Part shown: positions 32,197 through 43,716 of the stretch, piece by piece | Position numbering within the stretch: position 1 is the stretch's first letter | Layout: each line of letters begins with the position of its first letter | NCBI GenBank assembly: GCA_963809485.1 | Contig: CAWEJX010000004.1 | Coordinates: forward strand, 288,001 to 352,000 | DNA: 64,000 nt | Direction of reading: 5' to 3' | Source: an uncultured Acidobacteriota bacterium | GTDB taxonomy: Bacteria > Acidobacteriota > UBA6911 | Program-made: the position numbers and the translations under genes | The notes under the pieces: model-generated | What the model was told of the DNA's origin: nothing | Databases searched by the model: none | Seen by the model: the letters and a program-made list of their open reading frames with translations, nothing else

Positions 32197-35052
32197 TCAT
32201 TGCGATTCCGCTTTGATAAGTTTCGCGTATTCCGCTTTTGCCTCCCTGAGGATGGGGATGTCGGGATCGGCGTCCTTCCACAGGGCCAGGAAATCCTGAT
32301 AGGACTTGCGCGCCTTTGCCGTGTCGCCCTGCAGGGCATGGGCGCGACCGAGGCCAAGATGAGGCAGTGTGTTCCTAAGAACGTCATTAAAGTTAACCGT
32401 TGGGTGATCAAGCATCTTCTGAAACTCTGCGGCGGCTTTTGCACCCTGTTGAGCTGCAAGGTAAGCTTTACCGCGAAGATAAACGGTAACCATGTTCTGC
32501 ATCATTTCATACCGAACAGTTTCAGCAAGAATATCGATGGCCTCTTGCGGCTTGCCGTCCTCTAAAGCCAAAAGCGCTCGAACTGAGGGCACATAGCAAT
32601 GTCGGACATAGGTGGATTCAGGAAAGCGCTTGCTCAAATCGGCAGCCAGATTCTGCGCTCCCTCCTTATCTCCAGCGAGGCACAAAGTGATCGCTGCATT
32701 TCCCCGAAGATCTCTGTCGTTCGACATTTTGATAGTATTGATCGCAGCGGCCTTTGCTTCGGCAGCATAGCCTACCAAAGCCAATGTTCGAGCACCCCAG
32801 GTCATTTCTGACAGCGACATTGTGTTACGTGGTAGGGCATCCCGGAGAGAAGACAGGCGGCCCCTATAAACATCATGATAAATTTCCAATACCTCAGGTT
32901 TCACATATCGGAGCGCTGCCGTTTCATTCGCGGCCATCTCGGCCTTATTCTTTTGATTGAAGGCAATCAAATAAAGCGTATATGGGTACCATGGTTGGTC
33001 CATCTTTCGCGCCTGGGCCTCCTGAATCATTGCCCGCGCTTCATCCAAGCGATTCAGTGCAAGGTAGTTGTTTATAGCACCTGCATAGGAAATGACCGTC
33101 GGCTCCAGCCTGATGGATTCGAGCATCGATGCGAGAGCTTCTTCGTGTCGGCCAAGCATCCTTTGAAGGTAACCGATTTCAAATGAGGTCAGTGCCCTGT
33201 TTGGATAGGCTTGGTTGCATCGCTGTTCAATCTCAAGTGCCTTCTCCACGTCCCCTATGGCATCGCGGTAATAAACGAAGGAAACAGAATAGTTCTCAGC
33301 ATCACTGACGCGATCTCGCAGCTCATAGGCTCTCTTAATGTTCTTGAGTGCCTCATCGCCGCTTTTGCCTGTGCTCCACTGAAGGCCTCCAAGCAAGGAA
33401 TAGGCTTTGGTGAAAGTTGGATCCAGACTGATAGCCCGTTCCAGGAATGGTATTGCCGAATTGAAGTCGTTTCTGAAAAAACACTGCTCGCCACGGCTGA
33501 AAGCTTGCAGCGCCTCCAAAGAGGATGTGGTCGCCCGGACTAACGGTACATCGTGAACTTCGAGCGAAGCATGGGATTCGCCGAGTTCCGACCGCAGCCT
33601 GGATGCAGCGCTGCCCAGCGCACCTAGGACCTTTTCCTTCCCCTCGGCAGTGACCTGTTCCCGGGCGAACGTTTCCCCAGTACCGCAATTCACGGCGTTA
33701 AGGCCAACGACATACTGATTCCCGAGAGCGGAGATCGAACCCTCGATTGTCACAGTCGCGCTTACACGCTGGCATATCTCGCGGGCAACTTCGCGTGTGA
33801 GCCGTGCATCGGGCGGCTTTCCCATCAGGCGTAGAGTCTGGACGATCATGTCTCCCGAGATGATCTTGAGGAAAGGCGACTGTTCGAGCTGCGCGGAAAG
33901 ACCCTGCCGCAGCGTTCCGTCGAATACCGGATCGCCTGTTGTGTTCGTGAAATCGGCAAGGATGATGGGGTCCTTCTCCGTCAGCTTCTGCGCGCGATTA
34001 AAATAGAAATATCCGCCCGCCGCCAGCGCCAGGACTGCGATGAAGACCAATGCGCCGATTATTGCAGGGCGTTTGTTCTTCCGAAGCGGCGCCGCAGAGC
34101 GAGGAGAAGACACGACGGTTGCCGGCTCGGCAACTAATGGACGATCCGACGATTCTTCAGCCGGTTCAGCAGCACTTGCCGCACGCTTTGAATCGGAATC
34201 CCTTTTAAGTCGTTTTAAGTCAGCCCGGATTTCGGAAGCACTCTGGCAACGAAGCTCGCGGTCTTTCTCCAGAGCCTTGTTGATGATCCGCTCCAATTCA
34301 GCGGGCAAGTCGGGGTTGATGCGCACTGGCGCCGTAGGTGCTTTATGCAATATAGCGTCAAAAGTAGCTGCTGATGTTGCTCCACGAAATGGCGTCACGC
34401 CCGTTGCCATCTCGTAGAGAACCACACCAAACGAAAACAGATCAGTGCGTACATCGAGTTCTTTTCCCAGTGCTTGCTCCGGAGACATATAAGAGACTGT
34501 CCCGACGGCAGTTCCGGGACTGGTAACTGCCTCCTGCGTAGTGGCAGCAGTGGGAACATCCGTGCGGGATCTCTCGGCCAGGAGCTTTGCTAATCCGAAA
34601 TCCAGTATCTTCGCGTGGCCCCGTTTCGTTATGAAGATATTGGCAGGCTTCAAATCCCGATGGATGATTCCTTCCGAATGCGCGGCATCAAGACCATCCG
34701 TGACCTGAATGGCTATATCAAGAGTCTCATCCGTCTGGAGCGGCTTCCCCAGAATGCGCTGTTTGAGGGTCTGGCCCTCCAGATACTCCATGGCAATGAA
34801 GTGCTGGCCTTCATGTTCGTCGATCTCGTAAATTGTGCAGATATTGGGATGATTGAGGGCTGAAGCGGAACGAGCCTCTCGTTGGAATCGTTCGATTGCC
34901 TTGCGATCACGGAACAGATCTTCCGGCAGAAATTTCAGCGCGACAGGACGGCCCAGCTTGTCGTCTTCCGCCTTGTAGACGACACCCATTCCGCCGCCGC
35001 CGATTTTTTCGACGATCCTGAAGTGAGAAATCGTCTGACCAATTTCAGGCAT
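32197..35052 (-). CDS. Membrane-anchored Ser/Thr protein kinase with an extracytoplasmic TPR region
   Basis: [30 protein letters not shown] and YMSPEQ; TM segment; TPR-like C-terminus. Confidence 0.95.
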   Translation of the reverse strand: MPEIGQTISHFRIVEKIGGGGMGVVYKAEDDKLGRPVALKFLPEDLFRDRKAIERFQREARSASALNHPNICTIYEIDEHEGQHFIAMEYLEGQTLKQRILGKPLQTDETLDIAIQVTDGLDAAHSEGIIHRDLKPANIFITKRGHAKILDFGLAKLLAERSRTDVPTAATTQEAVTSPGTAVGTVSYMSPEQALGKELDVRTDLFSFGVVLYEMATGVTPFRGATSAATFDAILHKAPTAPVRINPDLPAELERIINKALEKDRELRCQSASEIRADLKRLKRDSDSKRAASAAEPAEESSDRPLVAEPATVVSSPRSAAPLRKNKRPAIIGALVFIAVLALAAGGYFYFNRAQKLTEKDPIILADFTNTTGDPVFDGTLRQGLSAQLEQSPFLKIISGDMIVQTLRLMGKPPDARLTREVAREICQRVSATVTIEGSISALGNQYVVGLNAVNCGTGETFAREQVTAEGKEKVLGALGSAASRLRSELGESHASLEVHDVPLVRATTSSLEALQAFSRGEQCFFRNDFNSAIPFLERAISLDPTFTKAYSLLGGLQWSTGKSGDEALKNIKRAYELRDRVSDAENYSVSFVYYRDAIGDVEKALEIEQRCNQAYPNRALTSFEIGYLQRMLGRHEEALASMLESIRLEPTVISYAGAINNYLALNRLDEARAMIQEAQARKMDQPWYPYTLYLIAFNQKNKAEMAANETAALRYVKPEVLEIYHDVYRGRLSSLRDALPRNTMSLSEMTWGARTLALVGYAAEAKAAAINTIKMSNDRDLRGNAAITLCLAGDKEGAQNLAADLSKRFPESTYVRHCYVPSVRALLALEDGKPQEAIDILAETVRYEMMQNMVTVYLRGKAYLAAQQGAKAAAEFQKMLDHPTVNFNDVLRNTLPHLGLGRAHALQGDTAKARKSYQDFLALWKDADPDIPILREAKAEYAKLIKAESQ

Positions 35053-35436
35053 GTGTTCCTTCTCCTAAAGGAGACCTACATGCTGCTTGGTTTTGAAGAG
35101 CGAATCTTTGGATTGATTATAAGCACCGGAGGCCAATATCTAAAGGGAAATCCAAGAGTAACCGACAATAGACTGAACGGCGCAAGTACTGGAATGGATT
35201 GACTTAAGAGATCCGTTTCCCACCTTTACCGGCGTTACGATCCAGAAACGGCCATCCGGGAAATTGAGTTCTCCCGGCTGACAACATTCCCGATTGCGGC
35301 ATTGAGGAGGCATTTGATTCGCCAATATGGTAGAGCGGTTGGCTTAAGAACATTTTTGGCTAAGGGCACTGCATTCACCGCCGGTTTGGACTTCTGGGAA
35401 GGATGAACATGTAGATGTAAGAAGCACAAGGAAACG

Positions 35437-35892
35437 ATGGTTCCACTGAAAAGCCAAATTTCCCCAGACTCTGGGATGCGGCGGTTTTGGTAAAAGATAT
35501 AGATAGAACCGCGAAACGTTTGAAGGAACTGGGTATCGGCACATTCGTTCAGGGGGCCTCCTGCCGGAGCCGAAGGCCTGTTTTTCCAGGGCAAGCCGTT
35601 GACGTCAAACTTCAAGGCGTCTCTCTTCCGAATCGGAAATATGCAGCTGGAATTGATACAGCCGGATGATAAACCCAATCCCTGGACAGAATTCCTGAAC
35701 ACCAGAGGCGAAGGGATACACCCTATAGGATTCCAGCTAAGCGACGTCGAGAAGGAAGTAAAACGGCTGACCAGCCCGGGCGCTGAGGTGCCATTCCATG
35801 CAAAAATGGGCTGCAAAATGGGAGCGGCATACGTGGACCTGAAAACCGCCAACCTGTTCATTGAATTTACAGGCTTTTCCACCGTAGCCTAA
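35437..35892 (+). pseudogene. VOC/glyoxalase (methylmalonyl-CoA epimerase-like) protein, frameshifted
   Basis: VKDIDRTAKRLKELGIG and QLELIQP..NPWTEFLNTRGEGIH.IGF lie in different frames. Confidence 0.65.
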
Positions 35893-36000
35893 TCGGACCG
35901 ACAGACTCGGCAATTTTGCCTTTCGGCAGGGCCAGGCGCCTCCCTGACCATTCGAATGGCCTTGACCATGTACCTGCTTCCCTGGCGCGATAGACTTCTC

Positions 36001-36678
36001 CTATGCCCCTTTGTCGAAAACGGATGGACCGCTCCGAGATTGGATTTCGCCTATTTGAGAAAGCGGGCTTGACTCATTATTCCTGGTCGCTTCTTTGGTT
36101 TTTCGCAGAACGCCAATTCTCTTCAACAGCGGCGAAGCGGCGATATCGCCCGGGGACATGAATCGATCGCCGACTCCCTTTTTCAGATCCCTGCCAATCG
36201 CGTTGTAGGTTTCGGCCACATAATGGAAGCAGAACAGCCGTTCTTCCCGTCGCAGTTTGTCTTTTGACTGCAGATCCCGCTGGCAGAGCGCGCGAATCCC
36301 GAAAAAGAGCGTCCGCCAGAGCGCATATTCCTTTCCCAATTCCCTTTGCGCGAACTCGACCATCTGCAACCGCTGAACATCCGGAATTTGCTCGGTGCTC
36401 GTAAACCACTCCACTCGGCCATGATAGGAACGGATGTTCTGGGGAATTGGACTCACAACCACGCCCCTCCCCACAGCTTCCATGACCATGAGACGGCTAT
36501 TCCACCAGGCCGCGAGCCCTGCATGAGAATAGCGGGAGCCGGTCGCCCATCGGATGATCCTTGAGGGCAACGTGCGGCCCTGGTACATGAGCACATCGCC
36601 GCTCTTGATCTCCGACCGGCTCTTGTCGTAATCAATGGCTGGAATTGCGGCCGATGGTTTTCTTGATCCAATACGCAT
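36001..36678 (-). CDS. Permuted papain-like (YiiX/YebB, NlpC/P60) amidase
   Basis: KSGDVL, YSHAG (His), MEAV, LGKEY and LFC (Cys) in circularly permuted order; AAGGAG RBS. Confidence 0.75.
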   Translation of the reverse strand: MRIGSRKPSAAIPAIDYDKSRSEIKSGDVLMYQGRTLPSRIIRWATGSRYSHAGLAAWWNSRLMVMEAVGRGVVVSPIPQNIRSYHGRVEWFTSTEQIPDVQRLQMVEFAQRELGKEYALWRTLFFGIRALCQRDLQSKDKLRREERLFCFHYVAETYNAIGRDLKKGVGDRFMSPGDIAASPLLKRIGVLRKTKEATRNNESSPLSQIGEIQSRSGPSVFDKGA

Positions 36679-37564
36679 GGCGGCTCCTTCAAAAGCGGAA
36701 ATTGCAGGTCGTTTGCATATCAGGATTCTGATAGGCGAGAAATCCGCAGACGGAAGTCATTCGGGAAGGCACAGTGCATACCAGGCAGGATAACATGTCA
36801 GGGTTCCCTCGCAGACACTGGCAACGTATCGATTCTGACAGCTGAATTGCATCACGCGCTCCCCTTCCCGCTCCAGGGCAGCCCGCTGTGAGGTTGCTGC
36901 CGGATTCTATCAGTTGCCCTCCCCATGACGGCGATCATGATTCTGTTCCATGGCGTTGATCGAATTAAGGAGGCGGTTCCAATTAAATAGGTTCCTATCC
37001 TCTTACGCGCAGCGCAGGATGCCTCTGGCCCACAGGCAGTCGCCGTAGACGGGGAAAGGGTTACCCTGGCAATCCGCTTCGTTTTTCTCCGCGAATTCAC
37101 AGCCGCAGCAATCGGTGCAGGGGGAAAAATCAAATTATCTCACGCGCTCCCGAAAAATCGAATAGTCAGGCTGCAGCCAAATGGACTTCAGGGAATGTTG
37201 CTGCAGGTTTCCACATTCATAGCGGCGGAAAAACTTCTTCCAGCCCCTGATATAGCATGTGTACGAATGCAGCAATAAGACGCGCGGCATGACGCAGCGC
37301 CTTTCGGAACTCCACCGAAAGATGCCCTGCCTGCTTTGCCGCAGAAAACAGCACCGGGAAGACATTGATGGATAAGAAATGGAATTCGTCAAAATATCAA
37401 AACGCGCGCTATGGGATCGACAAACATTCGCAGGACAATGCCGGAGCAAATCGCGTTCCTCTGAATGTGCATTATTTCGATTCCCTTTAAATAGTAGTAG
37501 GATAGGGCGCGTCAGCTGGACTGCCTGAAAGCTAACAGGACGAATCCGTAAGTGGAGGTGCAAC

Positions 37565-39310
37565 TTGAAAAAAGAGATACGGTTGGCGACTTTGATTCTA
37601 ATAGTGGCTGCCCTATTTTCATCCGCATGTTCTTCGGGGAAGATGACGGTGGGGAAGATGACGGTATTGAATCCATCAGCGGCCAATAAAATGGTGGACC
37701 GGGTGCCGCTTTCGCCCCGCCTTGATGCATTGGAAGGGAAAACCATATTCCTGGTGGATATCGGTTGGGGTGGCCCCCAGGCAGCGCCCAGTGTTTACGA
37801 AGAAATGAAGGCCTGGCTTGCCCAAAACAAGCCCAGTGTGAAAGTGGAGATTCGGAAAATCAAAGGCTCCTACATGGAGGACCAGCCCGAGCTATGGAAG
37901 GAGATTTCCGAAAAAGGTCAGGCGGTAATGATTGGAATATCCGGCTGAGACGGCTGCACGTCGGCCGTGAGCCGTTACTGCAAAACTCTGGAACAGAAAT
38001 TTAACATTCCGACCGTGGGTGGAGCAGCATCCAACATCGTGAAATATGCCCTGGGATACGACTTTGAATTTACCAACGGCATGCCCATCCGCTACATCTC
38101 CTTCCCTTTCCCGGTGGCCGGTCAGCCGCAATCGGTTCACCACCAATACGTTTTCGACGGCAAAGATGTCGTCAGCGGAAAACCGATGATGCAGGCATTT
38201 ATCGATGCGTTGACTCTTCCTCTGACGGAAAAAGAGAAACATAAGGGAGCGGCTCCTGAGTCCGAACCCGCGCCTCGACTTCTTGGACCGGATACCGAGG
38301 ACAATTTGCAGCGCCTTTTCAAGGACCGCGACTGGACTGACTATAATCCGATCATCCTTCCTACCGAGGCAAGGGTAGCCGAGATGCTGAAAGGCACCTC
38401 TCATAAACCGGAAGAAGTCATTAAGACCGTGAACTGGCCCGGAGGCAATCGGGACCTTACCGTGGAAAAAGCCGCTATCTGCGCCGTAATGGCCGGCGCC
38501 AAAAAGGAATACCTGCCGGTTATCCTGGCTCTGGCAAAATCGGTACCGTTCGGCAACTCCACATCCTCCATGGCCAACATGATCCTGGTCAATGGCCCCA
38601 TACGGAAGCAGATCGGCATGAATTCCGGCGCCAATGTCATGGGGCCCCATAATGAGGCTAATTCGGTTATCGGCAGGACCTTCACGCTGATGTCGAAAAC
38701 CGTAGGAGGCCTGCATAGTGAAAAGACCACCTGGAGCACTTTGGGAAGCACCATGCAGTACAACAATGTGTGTATTGCCGAAAACGAGGAGGCTTTGCCC
38801 GAAGGCTGGGAGCCTTTTCATGTGCAAATGGGATTCAAGCCGGAAGACAGCGTTATAAACGTCGCCACCGGATGGACGTATATTTCCAGCGTGGGCGAAG
38901 CACAACGGAACTATCCGCCCCACATGTTGATGCGCGATTACATGAAGGCTCTTTCCGGAATGGGGTCGAGGGCCACCGTCATCATGGACCCCACGGTTGC
39001 AAGACTCCTCAAGGAAGGCCAGGGCTTTCAGACAAAGGATCAGCTGAGCCAGTGGTTTTCGGATAATGTTGAAAAACCTCTCGCCAGTTACCTGGGCAAC
39101 GGTGTGCTCTCGGGAACTCTTACCAATTACGGCGCCCAGGGAATGGAACCCTATGCAACATGGGCGAAATATCCGCTGGATAAAATGATTAAGCCGTTCC
39201 ACCAGGCTTCGGGCATCAAGATCCTTGTAGCCGGTGGGGGAATCCAGACAACCTGGTTTGTGACGGATTTCATGCTGGGCCGGGGTACGCTCATCGACGA
39301 ATGGCGCTAG
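37565..39310 (+). CDS. Lipoprotein UGSC-family selenoprotein (581 aa; Sec at TGA 37946-37948, ISG-U-DGC)
   Basis: GGAGGT RBS with TTG start; lipobox SSAC. The TGA is followed in frame by DGCTSAV into the 37967 ORF. TDYNPIILPT and VEKAAICAVMAGA motifs; hairpin at 37949-37976. Confidence 0.85.
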
Positions 39311-39330
39311 GGCGCATCCTGATACAAATT

Positions 39331-39356
39331 GAGAGGCACGGCATGCCGTGCCTCTC
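39331..39356. repeat. Perfect 26-bp palindrome (REP-like or bidirectional terminator) between convergent genes
   Basis: GAGAGGCACGGC-AT-GCCGTGCCTCTC. Confidence 0.7.
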
Positions 39357-39360
39357 GCAC

Positions 39361-39612
39361 TTACCATTCAAGACTGTTGCTCTGCTCCATGCTCTTCTTC
39401 AGATACTCCATATGCTTCCGAATGTAGCGCATGAACAGGATGGCGCGGTCTTCCGCAAAGAAGGTGGCGGTTCCGGCTTCCGACGTAGGGACTGGAAATT
39501 CAAAACCGCACTCGGTCGCATACCATAGCTGGCCATCCCGATAAAACCTGAACCGGACTTTCTGGTTGTTCTGCACCATTTCTTTTATGGTTCTTGTATT
39601 CAAGGCTTTCAT
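39361..39612 (-). CDS. Small conserved hypothetical protein (83 aa)
   Basis: AAAGGAG RBS; IKEMVQNNQKVRFRFYRDGQLWYATECGFEFPVP...FMRYIRKH. Confidence 0.75.
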   Translation of the reverse strand: MKALNTRTIKEMVQNNQKVRFRFYRDGQLWYATECGFEFPVPTSEAGTATFFAEDRAILFMRYIRKHMEYLKKSMEQSNSLEW

Positions 39613-39734
39613 AAATCCTCTCCTTTCTGAATTTTCGCGTTGCTTCACATGCAGGCAGAAGGGACTGCGCTGGCGGCAAAGTGCCTCAGTCTGAATTCAT
39701 CGGATCTTATGATGGTTACCCGGGCGAGAGGCGA

Positions 39735-39859
39735 CTAAGCCGCCTTGGAATCCAGAAAGTCGTCCAGGCGGACGACGATACCTCGGACAAAGATAGAAAT
39801 ATTGCGAATAGTAGCGCACATAAGGCGACTACCTTACATGAGGACGGACCGGCTGTCAA
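39735..39859 (-). promoter_or_regulatory. Sigma70 promoter plus 28-aa leader peptide upstream of the small protein
   Basis: TTGACA (39859-39854)-17 bp-TAAGGT (39836-39831); ATG 39821 to TAG 39735; hairpin over the stop codon. Confidence 0.5.
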
Positions 39860-39942
39860 CGGTGCTGCATTTTTCCCGGCGCCCGGGATTGCCCAAAAAA
39901 CCTATTTTAAAAACCGCTCTCGATCGACTACTGCCCTCCGTC

Positions 39943-41499
39943 TTATTTCGCCTGCTCTCTGAGCCAGGAGATATAGGCATCGAATGCTTTCAGCTTGTCC
40001 AGGTTAGGCACGGGTCTGGCGCCGGGAGCCGCGTCGAAGACCATCACCTGCTGGTCGTTCTCCGCGAATGCAGGCCACCTGGGAAGACCGGGGCCGTTCG
40101 GATCGCCCGATTTGGCGAAGTTGACCCAATAGGAACTGATCCTATCGGAGAGTTTCAAATCCTCCGGTTTGGGCGCACCCTGGCGTCCGCCCAGGGTCTG
40201 GAATGCATACGGAACATCGCTGCCGTGGCCGGAGCCGCCATCGGGAGAAGCGGGATGGTAATCGAAGACGTATTCGAAGGCCTTGCCTTTCCCTTTCCGC
40301 GATTGTAGACGAGCCCAGGTCCAGGTGTTCCAGGAAAACGTGCTCTCGCGCATGATCCCTCTTGATGCCTTCGCTGCCTCGGCGTCCGTAGAATGAGGAT
40401 ACACGCTCAGAATGGCATCGGCATGAGGACCGTATTGCGATCGAATCTGTTTCTCAAATTCCTCCGGCGTGACCTTCCGACTGCCACCGAACGATGCGGC
40501 TTCATCCGAGGTGTTGCCAAGCAAAACAGGCGTATCGTTAAAGCGGCCCGCCTGGTATAGCGAGTAAAGGTCGCTTGGAACAATATACCCGTCCGCCACG
40601 GGCCGGAAACCTCCGCCTCCCATTCCGCCTGCAACGCTTTTCTGGATTTCCTCGGCGCTTAATGCCCGTGCCGCCTTGATGTCGGCAGCTCCCAATTTTT
40701 TCAGAAATTCCTCGCCTCTCGACTCTGCCAGCTTGAGAGTTGGGATGCCCATGCCCGTGCCCGCCTGGTTTGAACTCTGCAGCGGAGCAAACGATCCTCC
40801 GCTCATGCAGATAGCACGATGGAAAAGGCCCCTGGTAGCCGGGGAAGCTGCAAGCATGCTAACCGCCATGCCACCGGCCGAGTGGCCGAAAATTGTCACG
40901 TTGGAGGGATTGCCTCCAAACCGGGCAATATTCTCCTTTACCCACTTCAGCCCCGCAATCATATCCTCCAGCCCATAGTTCCCCGATCCCTTGCCGCTCT
41001 CACGGCTGAGTTCGGGGTGTGCAAGAAAACCAAAGGGGCCGACTCGGTAGGCAACGCTTACCAGCACTACTCCCTTTTTGGCAAAATTCATCCCGTCGTA
41101 CATGGGAGCGCTGGTCGAGCCGCCGCTAAAGCCTCCTCCATAGATCCAAAAGATCACCGGGAGTTTTTTGCCCGGCTTTTTGGCGGGCGTCCACACATTC
41201 AGGTACAGACAGTCCTCGCCGACCTGCGCCGTGTTCCCCATTGCGCCGGTGGCTTGCATGCAGGCGAGCCCAAAGGCATCGGCCTTTTTGATGCCGGTCC
41301 AGGCCTGCACCGGTGCGGGCGCCTTCCAGCGCAGATCGCCCACCGGACGCGCCGCAAACGGGATCCCTTTGTATATCGAGATGCCATCGGTCACGACACC
41401 CTGCACTTCTCCGCCGGTTACCTTTGCGGTTTGAATTTGGGAAAACGCAAGCTGCGCGAAAATGCTTGTCACAAAAAAAGCGATCCAGACCTTCTTCAT
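39943..41499 (-). CDS. Secreted type-B carboxylesterase (pNB esterase family)
   Basis: GGAGGT RBS; signal peptide; YKGIPFA, EDCLYLNVW, IYGGGF and FGHSAGG. Confidence 0.93.
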   Translation of the reverse strand: MKKVWIAFFVTSIFAQLAFSQIQTAKVTGGEVQGVVTDGISIYKGIPFAARPVGDLRWKAPAPVQAWTGIKKADAFGLACMQATGAMGNTAQVGEDCLYLNVWTPAKKPGKKLPVIFWIYGGGFSGGSTSAPMYDGMNFAKKGVVLVSVAYRVGPFGFLAHPELSRESGKGSGNYGLEDMIAGLKWVKENIARFGGNPSNVTIFGHSAGGMAVSMLAASPATRGLFHRAICMSGGSFAPLQSSNQAGTGMGIPTLKLAESRGEEFLKKLGAADIKAARALSAEEIQKSVAGGMGGGGFRPVADGYIVPSDLYSLYQAGRFNDTPVLLGNTSDEAASFGGSRKVTPEEFEKQIRSQYGPHADAILSVYPHSTDAEAAKASRGIMRESTFSWNTWTWARLQSRKGKGKAFEYVFDYHPASPDGGSGHGSDVPYAFQTLGGRQGAPKPEDLKLSDRISSYWVNFAKSGDPNGPGLPRWPAFAENDQQVMVFDAAPGARPVPNLDKLKAFDAYISWLREQAK

Positions 41500-41774
41500 C
41501 ACTACCTCCACTGTGAGCACTGATGGTGGTGTTCCCGGATTGATTTCAGCCAAATTCCTCCTTGGGATGAATGCGATTATATACGCTATCAGAATTTCCA
41601 TCATTACGTATCCGTCCGTTGTGAAGTGTTTTTTCTTTGCAGATAACCTGAGTTCATAAGATAAACTCCCTTCAGGTGCGAAGGGCAAGTTTCCGCCGCA
41701 GCGGCTGCGAGCGATCCTGCCCGATAAAAGGCTTTCTCCATAATTCTTTATGCCTGAGCCAATGGAGGAACACG

Positions 41775-43706
41775 ATGACCAACTGGCATGATTTCTATCA
41801 AAAACAAAACACGGCGCCACCCTGGCCCTATGATGTGGACTACGAAAAAGAGCATGAAATCGAAACGGACGTACTGGTCATTGGCGGAGGCATTGCCGGG
41901 TGTTGGGCAGCAATCAGCGCCGCCAGAAAGGGAGTCCGGGTGGCACTGGTGGAGAAGGGCGACACCATTAGAAGCGGCTCCGGAGGGCCGGGCTGTGATC
42001 ATTGGTGCCAGTGTCCGGGCAATCCGCATTCCAAAGTCGATCCGGATGAGTGGGCTAAAGTGCTGGCCCTGCACCCGGGGACCATGTCGGAGCTGCCGAA
42101 AGGCACTCCCAGGTTTTCCTATGGAAACGGCATCGGAGCTCAGATTACGTGCCGGGAAAATTACGACACACTCCTCGAACTGGAACAAATGGGGGGTCAA
42201 ATCAGGGATATCCATGAGGAATATGTTGGGGCAGAAGGCAGGTACGACGACACAAAGTTCATGATTTCACCCCGCACCAGCCCAAATCACGAAACCGAAA
42301 TTGTCTTGCGCGTCTGGGGAGTTACATTCAAACCCGCTCTAAAAAAGGAATGTCAGAGACTGGGCGTCCGAATTTACGACCGGGTTATGGTTACCAGTCT
42401 CCTGACGGAAGGAGGCATCCAGGGAGCGCGGGTGATCGGCGCGACGGGATTTAATAACCGCACCGGCGAGTTCATGATTTTTAAGTCGAAAGCTGCAGTG
42501 CTCGCAACCGCAGGGGACTTTTACATGTGGATGTTGAATACAGAGCACGCAGGGTGCAGACAGTTCCGTTCCCGCTGTGCGACTGGAGATGGATTGGCCA
42601 TGGCCTGGAAAGCAGGGGCAGAGCTCGTTTTGATGGAGCAGACAGTACCCCTGATGCTGGGCACGGGATACAAGCATAACTGGTATGGCGGCGCAGGCGA
42701 TGCCAGCTATGAAAATGTTCAAATTGTCGACGCAAACGGAAAAAAGCTGCCCTGGCCTGCCCAGGGATGGCAGGATGGCGGCGCGATGAGGCCTCCGCCG
42801 GACGTGGGGGAATCCATCCGTAAAGGAATCTTCAAAGGCGAATGGGCCCTGCCTTTCTACGGCGACTTCCCCGCAATGCCCGATATCGAGCGCCGTGCGA
42901 CCTGGGATCTCATGCTGGGACAGGAATCCACCACCAAAATCATCACCAGCACTTATGAGAGGGCTGGATTCGACCCGAAAAAACACCTGCTTCAAAACTA
43001 TGCCTTCATAGAAGGTGAAACCCATTCCCAGTGGCGGACTGCAAGGGGAGGCGGGCCTGTGGTCGATTGGGATCTGAAATCGACGCTGGACGGATTGTAT
43101 GTCGCCGGCGAACAGCTTTTCTCTCATCTCGATCACAGCTTCGCGGCAGCTACGGGAAGATATGCCGGGAGAAAAGCCGCCGATTACTCGAGGCAGGCAA
43201 ATGAATCCGGCGTGTCCCGCGAGCAGATCACCCGGGAGAAAGCCCGCATCTACGCCCCAATTAGGCGTACGGGCGGCATTGAGTGGAAGGAGCTGAATGC
43301 CGGCATCGCCAGGACGATGCAATACTTTTGCAGCGAATTCAAAACGGAGTCACTTCTTAACATGGGGTTGGACGCTCTGAAGGAAATGGAAGAGGTGTTT
43401 GTGCCGAGGCTATACGCCCTCGATCCGCACAAGTTGATGCGCAGCATCGAGGACCTGAGCATGCTGGCGCACGCCCAGATGGTCCTGAACGCCTCCCTGG
43501 CACGGAAGGCCAGCAGCGCGCCTCTCAATTTCCGCAGAATCGACTATCCTGACGTGGACCCGCCCGAATGGAATAAATACCTGACGATAAAGCTGGAGAA
43601 CGGCAAGGTCCAATCCGGCGAATTGCCTTTGTATTTTTGGGGAGACATGAAGTCCAATTACGAGGCTCATAACCGGGACTACACAGGGGTTTATAAAGGA
43701 AAGTAG
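41775..43706 (+). CDS. AprA-like FAD-dependent oxidoreductase, paralog of 21891..23834
   Basis: GGAGG RBS; VIGGGIAGCWAA, RSGSGGPGCDHW and RRIDYPD. Confidence 0.9.
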   Translation: MTNWHDFYQKQNTAPPWPYDVDYEKEHEIETDVLVIGGGIAGCWAAISAARKGVRVALVEKGDTIRSGSGGPGCDHWCQCPGNPHSKVDPDEWAKVLALHPGTMSELPKGTPRFSYGNGIGAQITCRENYDTLLELEQMGGQIRDIHEEYVGAEGRYDDTKFMISPRTSPNHETEIVLRVWGVTFKPALKKECQRLGVRIYDRVMVTSLLTEGGIQGARVIGATGFNNRTGEFMIFKSKAAVLATAGDFYMWMLNTEHAGCRQFRSRCATGDGLAMAWKAGAELVLMEQTVPLMLGTGYKHNWYGGAGDASYENVQIVDANGKKLPWPAQGWQDGGAMRPPPDVGESIRKGIFKGEWALPFYGDFPAMPDIERRATWDLMLGQESTTKIITSTYERAGFDPKKHLLQNYAFIEGETHSQWRTARGGGPVVDWDLKSTLDGLYVAGEQLFSHLDHSFAAATGRYAGRKAADYSRQANESGVSREQITREKARIYAPIRRTGGIEWKELNAGIARTMQYFCSEFKTESLLNMGLDALKEMEEVFVPRLYALDPHKLMRSIEDLSMLAHAQMVLNASLARKASSAPLNFRRIDYPDVDPPEWNKYLTIKLENGKVQSGELPLYFWGDMKSNYEAHNRDYTGVYKGK

Positions 43707-43716
43707 GAAGACTGCG

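Noticed and set aside
35200-35340. PIN-domain C-terminal remnant (NFPDGRFWIVTP) on the minus strand
   Set aside because: Too short and interrupted to call.
29619-39367. Long antisense ORFs (e.g., 29619-30698 +, 37892-39367 -)
   Set aside because: Shadow ORFs opposite well-supported genes, as expected in GC-rich DNA.
39735-39821. tmRNA tag-like peptide ending in AA-stop
   Set aside because: No tRNA-like ends or pseudoknot framework, and it has its own promoter and ATG, so it is treated as a leader peptide.
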